Assembly (NCBI GenBank): GCA_043747615.1
Contig: JAYTOU010000004.1
Coordinates: 1-24,955 of the forward strand
Direction of reading: 5' to 3'
Length of the DNA stretch: 24,955 nt
DNA from: Myxococcales bacterium
GTDB lineage: Bacteria; Myxococcota_A; Polyangia; Polyangiales; Polyangiaceae
The translations under genes were made by a program, and so were the position numbers. How positions within the stretch are numbered: the first letter of the stretch is position 1; each line of letters opens with the position of its first letter. The notes beneath the pieces were generated by a model. That model saw nothing but the letters and a program-made list of their open reading frames with translations. It had not been told where the DNA came from and ran no database searches. This document shows, piece after piece, positions 1 to 8,500 of the stretch.

Positions 1-2553
1 ATGCTCGGCGGTCACATGGAGCTCGAAGCAGATCTCGGGATCGACTCCATCAAGCGGGTCGAGATCCTCTCGGCGATGCGCGAGCGCGCCCCCGGTTTAC
101 GCGAAGTGAAGCCGACCGAGCTCGCTGCCTTGCGCACGCTAGGTCAGATCGTCGACCACATGCGTTCTCACGGAACGCAATCGAACGGGCCCGCGGTCGG
201 TGCGGGAGCCAAAGCCATTGACGCTCCTCTACCCCGCGATGCGAGCGCGATCGAACGCTTCGCCGTCCGGGAAATCCCCGCTCCCGCCGTAGGCATGGCG
301 CTCGCTGGCGTCCTTGCTGCCGGGCGGATCGTGGTCACCGACGAGGGCACCGGTTTGGCCGCAGCGATCGTAACGCGGCTTGGCGCGAATGGCGTGCGAG
401 CGACGGTCGTCTCGCATGTGCCGGTCGACGCGGAGGTCGTCGTCTTCCTCGGCGGCATGCGTGCCGTCAGCACCGTGGAGGAAGCCGTGGCCGTGAACCG
501 TGAAGCCTTTCACGCGACGCGTGCGGTGGCAGCCCGGTTTGCCGCGGAAGGTGGCGTCCTCGTGACCGTCCAAGACACGGGCGGCGACTTCGGACTCTCG
601 GGGCGCGACGCAACGCGGGCCTGGCTCGGCGGAGTCTCGGCGCTCGCTCGCACCGCAGCGCGCGAATGGCCCAGCGCGTCCGTGAAGGCCATCGACTGCG
701 AACGCGGAGGCCGCAGCGTCGACGCCGTAGCCGCAGCGATCGTGAACGAGATTCTCGGCGGCGGCTCCACGCTGGAGGTCGGGCTTCACGCCGACGGAGC
801 GCGCACCACGCTCGCCTCCGTTGTCTCGCTCGTCGGCGGCCCGGCTGCCGGCGCGGGTAAGACGCTGCGGATCGGCGCCGACTCGGTCGTCGTTGCTTCC
901 GGCGGAGCACGCGGGGTCACCGCTGCTGCCCTCATCGCGCTCGCCAAGGCGAAGCACCCGCGCATCGTTCTCCTCGGGCGCACCGCGCTCGAAGACGAGC
1001 CCGCCGAGCTCCGCTCCTTCGCCGACGAGGCGGGCCTCAAGCGCGCGATCGTCCAGAAGATGCAGTCCGAAGGGCGCAAGCCGACCCCCGCCGAGGTCTC
1101 CGGAGAGGCATTCCGCGTCCTTGCGAACCGCGAGATCCGCGCGAACCTTGCTGCGCTCGAGTCTGCGGGCTCCAAGGTCAGGTATCTCGCCGTCGACGTG
1201 CAGAACGCCGGAGCGATCTCGACCGCGCTCGATGCCGTCCGAAAAGATTGGGGCAAGATCACCGCTGTCGTGCACGCAGCCGGCGTGCTCGCGGACAAAC
1301 GCATTCACGAGAAGACCGACGAGCAGTTCGATCGCGTCTTCGACACCAAGGTGGGTGGCCTCCGCGCGCTTCTCGCCGCGACGGCGAACGATCCGCTGAC
1401 GGCCGTATGCCTGTTCTCGTCGATCGCTGCGCGCACCGGAAATGTCGGGCAATGCGACTACGCCATGGCCAACGAAGTGCTCAACCTCGTCGGCTGCGCC
1501 GAGCGCACCAGGCGTGGTGAGGCGTGCGTCGTCCGGTCCATAGGCTGGGGCCCGTGGGAGGGCGGAATGGTCACGCCCGCTCTCAAATCGCATTTCGAGC
1601 AGATGGGCGTCGCCTTGATCCCGCTCGACCTGGGCGCGCGCATCTTCGTCGAAGAGATGGAAGGCGGCAGCCCAGACGTCACCATCGTCGTCGGCGGCAC
1701 GAGCGGCGAAGGCGCCTTTGGTGCGGCGGCGTCACCTCAGGTCTCCGTCGAAGTGCGGGTGAGCGCGAAGTCGCATCCGTACCTCGCCGACCACCGCGTA
1801 GCCGGTGTGCCCGTCGTCCCCGTGACCTTGGCGATGGAATGGATGCTTCGCGGCGCGCGCGCCTGCAGGCCCGATCTCATGGCGACCACGGTGCGAAACG
1901 TGAAGGTCCTCCGCGGCATCAAGCTCGATCGCTTCGATCACGAAGGCGACCGACTCGTCGTCCGCTGCCGTCAGACTTCCGACGGCGAAATTGCGGTCGA
2001 AGTGCGTGGGCAGAACGACGCTCTCCACTACAGCGCAGTCGTCGCCATGGCCCCCCAGGGAGCGCGCTCGCCTGCCGCACAGACCGCACCCACCGTCGAT
2101 CGCTGGACCCTACCAAACGTGTACGACGGCCACGTGCTCTTTCACGGCGAACGCTTCCAGGTGATCCGCGCTGTCGAAGGCGTGTCCCGCGCCGGCATCA
2201 TCGGCACCCTCGCCGGCGTCACCGAGGTCGGCTGGCCCAGCGAGGCCTGGCGCAGCGATCCCGCGATGCTCGACGGCGGGCTGCAGCTCGCTCTGTTGTG
2301 GACGAGAAACGTCCTCGATGGCGCGTCACTCCCGATGGCGCTCGGCGAGCTTCGCACGTACCGCGAGGGCATCGCCAACGGCCCTGTTCTCTGTGTGCTC
2401 TACGCCCGGCAGGTCCACGATGCGCGCGCCGTTTGCGACATTGCGTTCGTGGATGCTACGGGGGCGGTGATTGCCGAGATGATCGGCGTCGAGACCGTCC
2501 TTCGCCCCAGCGAGACGGCGACCAAGAGCACCGCGGCTCCGGCCCAGGCATAA
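1..2553 (+). CDS. pfa2: PUFA synthase subunit Pfa2 (PfaA-like), 5'-truncated: last ACP, KR, PKS-type DH
   Basis: ACP motif LEADLGIDSIKRVEIL; KR Rossmann motif VASGGARGVT, HAAGVLADK and catalytic GNVGQCDYAMAN; DH motifs HPYLADHRVAGVPVVP, LFHGERFQ and LDGGLQ. The frame is open at base 1, so the true start lies upstream. The stop TAA is 4 bp before pfa3. Confidence 0.93.
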   Translation: MLGGHMELEADLGIDSIKRVEILSAMRERAPGLREVKPTELAALRTLGQIVDHMRSHGTQSNGPAVGAGAKAIDAPLPRDASAIERFAVREIPAPAVGMALAGVLAAGRIVVTDEGTGLAAAIVTRLGANGVRATVVSHVPVDAEVVVFLGGMRAVSTVEEAVAVNREAFHATRAVAARFAAEGGVLVTVQDTGGDFGLSGRDATRAWLGGVSALARTAAREWPSASVKAIDCERGGRSVDAVAAAIVNEILGGGSTLEVGLHADGARTTLASVVSLVGGPAAGAGKTLRIGADSVVVASGGARGVTAAALIALAKAKHPRIVLLGRTALEDEPAELRSFADEAGLKRAIVQKMQSEGRKPTPAEVSGEAFRVLANREIRANLAALESAGSKVRYLAVDVQNAGAISTALDAVRKDWGKITAVVHAAGVLADKRIHEKTDEQFDRVFDTKVGGLRALLAATANDPLTAVCLFSSIAARTGNVGQCDYAMANEVLNLVGCAERTRRGEACVVRSIGWGPWEGGMVTPALKSHFEQMGVALIPLDLGARIFVEEMEGGSPDVTIVVGGTSGEGAFGAAASPQVSVEVRVSAKSHPYLADHRVAGVPVVPVTLAMEWMLRGARACRPDLMATTVRNVKVLRGIKLDRFDHEGDRLVVRCRQTSDGEIAVEVRGQNDALHYSAVVAMAPQGARSPAAQTAPTVDRWTLPNVYDGHVLFHGERFQVIRAVEGVSRAGIIGTLAGVTEVGWPSEAWRSDPAMLDGGLQLALLWTRNVLDGASLPMALGELRTYREGIANGPVLCVLYARQVHDARAVCDIAFVDATGAVIAEMIGVETVLRPSETATKSTAAPAQA

Positions 2554-2557
2554 ACCC

Positions 2558-5500
2558 ATGTCGTTCGAACCGATCGCGATCGTCGGGCAGGCTTGCACGC
2601 TGCCCGGCGCGCTGACCCCGACGGCCCTGTGGGACAACGTCGTCGCGCGCAGAAGCTGCCTGAGTCGTGTCCCGGCGGAACGATGGCGCCTGGCTCCGTC
2701 AATCGCGATGGGCACGACGGAGAACGCAACGGATCGGACGTGGTCCGACATGGGCGGCTACGTTCACGGCTTCGAGTCCGTCTTCGATCCCACGGGCTTT
2801 GCCCTCGACGCAGACGAAGTGCGGGCCCTCGACCCGGTGTTTCAATGGTCGCTCCACGGCGTCCGCGAAGCGCTTCGCATGATGGGGCATGACAGCCCCC
2901 GCGGCCTTGAGCGCGTTGACGGTCCGTGCTCGCGCGTCGGCCTCGTCATGGGCAATCTTTCGTTCCCGTCATCCGGAATGGTGCGCTACGCAGAGAGCGT
3001 CTGGATCGACGCACAGGCCGCGGGTGTCCTTCGTCCCGATGCTGCCGCACGTGCTGGAATTTCCAGGCCGAACGCGCGCAATCGGTTTTCGTCGGGACTG
3101 CCAGCTCACCTGACGGCGCGCGCTCTCGGCCTCGGTGGCGGCGCCTTTGCGCTCGACGCCGCATGTGCATCGTCGCTTTACGCGATCAAGCTCGCGTGCG
3201 ATCGCCTCCACGATCGTACCGCCGACGTGATGGTCGCCGGCGCCGTCAATTCCGCCGACGATCTTTTCATTCACATCGGGTTTTGTGCGCTCGCCGCGAT
3301 GAGCCGCACCGGCCAGAGCCGCCCATTCCATCGCGACGCCGATGGTCTCGTCCCTGCGGAAGGCGCGGGCTTCGTCGCACTGCAGCGGCTCGGTGACGCG
3401 CTTGCTGCCGGACGCAAGATCCTCGGTGTCATTCGAGGCGTCGGGCTCTCCAACGATGGCCGCGGCCGCGGTCTCCTCGCGCCGTCGGAAGAGGGACAAG
3501 AGCGGGCCATGCGTCTGGCATACGCGAGCGCCGAGATAGCGCCGTCCGACATCGGGATGATCGAGTGCCACGCGACCGGCACCGTGGTGGGCGACGCGAC
3601 GGAGGTGCGGAGCACGGCGCGTGTGTTCGAAGGCTGCAGCGGCGTGCCGATCGGATCGCTCAAGTCGAACCTCGGTCACTTGATCACCGCGTCCGGCGCA
3701 GCGGGACTGATGAAAGTGCTCGCGGCCATGGAGAGCGGTCGTCGCCCGGCGACGCTGCACGCCGACGAACCGATTGACGCGCTCGTCGGGACACCGTTTC
3801 GCCTCCTTCGAGAGGCCGAAGAATGGACCGGCCCACGACGCGCCGCCCTCAGCGCATTCGGTTTCGGCGGGAACAACGCCCACTTGATCGTCGAAGCTTG
3901 GGATGGCAAGGCAGCAACTCCGGTGCGCGCATCTGCGGCCCCCACGGATCGCGTGGCCATCGTGGGGATCGGCGCCCGCGTCGCGGACGGAGATGGCACT
4001 CGAGACTTCACGCGCGCTCTCTTCGCGGGAGCTCCGCGCCTCGCCCCGCGCGCGACCGTCACCGTCGCTCTCGACGGAGTGAAGTTTCCGCCGCGCGACC
4101 TTTCGCAGACGTTGGCGCAGCAGCTCTTGGTGCTCGAGGCCGCGCGCGAGGCGTCCGTCGGAGTATCGCTTCCCCGCGAGCGCACCAGTGTCCTCGTCGG
4201 CATGGGCTGCGATCCAGAGGTCGCGCGGTACGGCGTGCGCTGGCGACTGGCGCAGTGGGCCGAGGCCTGGGCGAAGGAGTCGGGCGGCGTGGTCGATCCT
4301 GCGTGGCTGGCGAGTGCGCAAGATTCTTTCCAGAGCGGCCTCCAAGCGGCGGGCGTGGTCGGCACGATGCCGAACATTCCCGCGAACCGGATCTCCAGTC
4401 AGCTCGATGTCGGTGGTCCAGGGTTCACTGTGTCGGCCGAAGAAGCGTCGGGGCTCGCTGCACTCGAGATCGCGGCGAGGGCCTTGCGCGCCGGCGAGAT
4501 CGACGCGGCGCTGGTCGGGGCGGTGGATCTGTCGCACGAGATCGTTCACCAGTCCGCGCTCGAGGCGCTCGGTCATTCGCGCGCACCGGGCGACGCCGCG
4601 GTGGTCCTCGTGCTCAAACGCCTTGCCGACGCGACGCGCGACGGTGACCCCATCTACGCGCTCCTCGGCGGCGAGAAGACCGCGTCGCTCGTCCTCGGCA
4701 CCGCGCATGCGGCGACCGATCTCGGTGGCGTGTTCGGAAATGCGCACGCCGCAACGGGGCTCTTGCACGTTGCTGCTGCCGCGATCGCGTTGCGACACGG
4801 TGCGCGCCCGAACGTTGGCGGGCCCGCGATGCCATGGTTTGGCGAGCGCGCGGTCGACGTCTGCATCTCGGTGCTCGAGGCACCCGCGGCGCTGCTGCGT
4901 CTGGAAGGTCGCGACACGTCGCCGTTCGTGTCCGAAGCCGTCCCGCGTCTTCATGTGTTCTCCGGTGCCGATCAGAAGAGCGCGCTCGCCGCGCTTGCAG
5001 CAGGCCGCGAGGGTGACGCTGGGTCGGCGCGTCTGGTCATCGTGGCTGGCGACGAAGCGGAGCTCGCGCTACGCGCCGATCGCGCACGTCGCTGGCTCGA
5101 TGGTGGAGGCCCCGCGCCCGAGGGTGTGGCGTTCCGGGCATCGCCGATCCAGGGCCAAACCGCGTTCGTGTTCACGGGCGCAGCGGCGGCGTACCCGGGA
5201 ATGGGTCGCGATCTAACGCTGGCGATGCCCGAGCTTGCCGATGCGGTGCACGCGCGGTGCTCTGAGATGGACGCCTCGACGGCGTGGCTCTACGGCCCCG
5301 GAGACGGATCGCCCAAGCATCCGCTCGACCAGCTCTGGGGCACGTCGTACGTCTGCCAGCTTCACGCCGAGCTCAGTCAGCGCGTCTTCGGTCTCCGGCC
5401 GGACGCGACGATCGGATACTCGTCGGGTGAGTCCAACGCGCTCTTCGCCATGGGCGCATGGAGCGATCTCGATGCCATGATTCGCGAGACGCGGGGGGGA

Positions 5501-8500
5501 GCGATCTTCACGCGCGATCTCGTGGGCGCCTTCGATGCACCGCGGCGGGCCTGGTCGCGAGCGGGCTCGCACGGCACGAAATGGCTCAATTTCAGCGTCG
5601 CTGGGCCAATCGACGACGTCCGTGCGGCCCTCGCCGACGAGCCACTCGTGCACATCACGATCGTGAACACGCGCGAGTCCTGCGTCATCGGCGGCGAAGC
5701 CGTTGCCTGCGAACGCGTCGTCAAATATCTCGGCTCCGATCGTGCGCTTCCTCTTGGATACGACATCGCCGCGCACTGCCCCGAAGTCGCAGAGATTCGC
5801 GATGCCTGGTGGCAGCTGCATCGCCGGGTCACGCGCGACGTGCCGGGGGTGAGGTTCTACACGAACGCCACGGGCTCATCGTTCCTGCCGACCCCCGAGG
5901 CCGCCGCCGATGCCATCACCGGACAGGCGCTCGGCACGCTCGATTTCCCACGCGTGATCGAACAGGCGTACGCCGACGGCGTGCGGGTGTTTCTCGAGCA
6001 CGGGCCGCGTGGACTTTGCAGCGGATGGATCAAACGCATTCTCGGTGATCGGGATCACGTCGCGGTGCCGCTCGACGTGGCCGGACGCTCCGGTGTTCGT
6101 CAGGCGATGAACGCCGCCGCGTGGTTGGTATCGGCAGGAGTAACGTTGGACATGGCCGCATTCGAAAAACTTGCGTCGGTCGCGCAGAAGCCCTCGGGGG
6201 CCGTGCTCACGCTGCCCGCGCATCCGCCCGCACCACGCATTCCGACGATCGAAACGGGCCCGCAGGTAATGGAGAAGGCCCCGTGGCTCCCGCCCGTGAT
6301 GGAGGAGGTCGCGTCGCCGATCCCCGTGGAAACAAGGACGATCGTGACCCACGCAGTTGCGCCGCCTTCCCGGCCGATGGCTGCGCCTCTCGCTCTGGTC
6401 CCGGCGCGCACGCACTCCGTCCCGTCGACATCTTTCACCGACATGCTGTCCCGGATGACCGCACACCAGGCGCAGCTCGCGGGCGTGCACCGTGATTTTC
6501 TCGCGCAGCAGGCCGAGGTTCATCAGCGTTTCCTCGCGCTCCGCCAGACCTCCGAGGCGGCGCTCCTTCACGCGTATGCGCGCGCGTCGCGGCCGTCACC
6601 TTCGCGTGCACGCGCACCCGTGGCATTGCCGGTACCCACTCTGCCGAAGGTTGCTTCGATACCTACGGCCGCTGCGCCAGTGCGTGCAGCAGCGGTGGGA
6701 TTGCCCGGACCGAAGTTCGATCGTGCGCAGCTCGAGGTTCTCGCGGGCGGAAAGATTTCTTCCGTCTTTGGTCCGCTCTTCGAGCCCCAAGATGGGTACC
6801 GCCGTCAGGTACGCATGCCCGAGCCGCCGCTTCTTCTCGCCGATCGAGTGACCGGAATCGACGCTGCCGCGGGCTCGATGGGCACCGGCACGTTGTGGAC
6901 GGAGACCGACGTCCTGCTGGGGAGCTGGTACCTCGACGACGAAGGCCGCATGCCCGCCGGCGTCATGATCGAAGCAGGCCAAGCCGACCTCCTTCTCATC
7001 AGCTGGCTCGGCGTCGATCTCCTCAATCGCGGTGAGCGTGTCTATCGCCTCCTCGGGTGCGAGCTCACCTACCACGGCGGTCTCTGCGCGCCGGGCGACA
7101 CCCTCGTCTACGACATCCACATCGACGGGCACGCGAACCAGGGCGATATCCGTCTCTTCTTCTTCCATTACGATTGCCGCGTGAACGGCGTGTCGCGCCT
7201 CACCGTGCGCCACGGGCAAGCGGGGTTTTTCACCGATGAAGAGCTGGCGAACTCCGCCGGCGTGCTCTGGGATTGCGCCAACGAGAAGTGCAACAGCGAC
7301 GCTCCGCTAGATCCTCCGGCGGTCGCGTGCACGAAGCAACGCTTCGATGCCTCCGAGCTCCGCGCCTTCGCCGAGGGGCGTCCCTTTGCGTGCTTCGGAC
7401 CAGGCTGGGAATACACCCAAGCCCACGTCCGCTCGCCGGGGATCACCTCGGGAGAGATGCTCTTTCTCCGCGAGGTGACCGCGTTCGATCCCAAGGGTGG
7501 GCCGTGGGGCCGCGGCTATCTTCGCGCGGAGACGCCGGTCACTCCGGACGACTGGTTCTTCGGCGGTCACTTCAAGAACGACCCGTGCATGCCCGGCACT
7601 CTGATGTTCGAGGGTTGCCTCCAGGCGATGGCTGTGTACATCACCGCCCTTGGATTTACGGTCGATCGTGATGGTTGGCGCTTCGAGCCGGTGCCGGATC
7701 AAAAGTACCCGATGCGTTGCCGCGGGCAGGTAACGCCAACGAGCAAGCACCTCACGTACGAAGTGTTCGTCTCCGAAGTGGTCGCCGGACCTATCCCGAT
7801 GATCTACGCCGACCTCCTCTGCACGGTCGACGGTCGCAAGGCTTTCCACGCCGGACGCGTCGGCCTTCAGCTCGTCCCCGACTGGCCCCTCAACCACTGG
7901 AAGCAGCTCGGCCCTGCCACGTCCCAGCTCACTGCGGAGCCCGTGGCGCTGCGCAAGCTCGGTGGTCTCCGTGGCTACGTGGAACCAAAGCCCGTCGCGG
8001 AAGTCGACGGATTCAAGTTCGACTACACCTCTCTCATTGCGTGCGCGTGGGGCCCTCCGTCGCACGCCTTCGGGCCGTTCTACTCGGCGTTCGACGGCAC
8101 GCGCCGTGTCGCTCGTCTTCCGTCGCCGCCGTACCATTTCATGTCGCGGGTCACGTTTCTCGATGCGCCGCTCGGCGGCATGAAGCAGGGAAGCACGATC
8201 GAGGTCGAGTACGATCTCCCCACGGAGCAGTGGTATTTCGATCAAAACGGGCATCCCACGATGCCGTTCTGCGTCCTCATGGAGGCCGCGCTTCAGCCCT
8301 GCGGTTGGCTTGCCTCGTACGTGGGGAGCGCCCGCACGAGTGAGATCGATCTTCTCTTCCGCAACCTCGACGGCACCGGCGCCTTCACCGAAGAGATCCT
8401 CCCGGTGGGCGGCATTCTTCGCACCAAAGTAACGCTGGTCTCCATCTCGCAGACCGCGGGGATGATCATCGAGACCTTCAAGGTCGAGCAATTCATCGGC

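Noticed and set aside
3950..4900. Second KS domain lacking the catalytic Cys as a sign of pseudogenisation
   Set aside because: This is the normal chain-length-factor domain of PUFA synthases, and the frame is intact.
2969..4954. 661-aa minus-strand ORF (and similar ones at 229-1593, 7307-8491, 9326-10483)
   Set aside because: Antisense shadows of pfa2/pfa3, expected from high-GC codon bias; no recognisable motifs.
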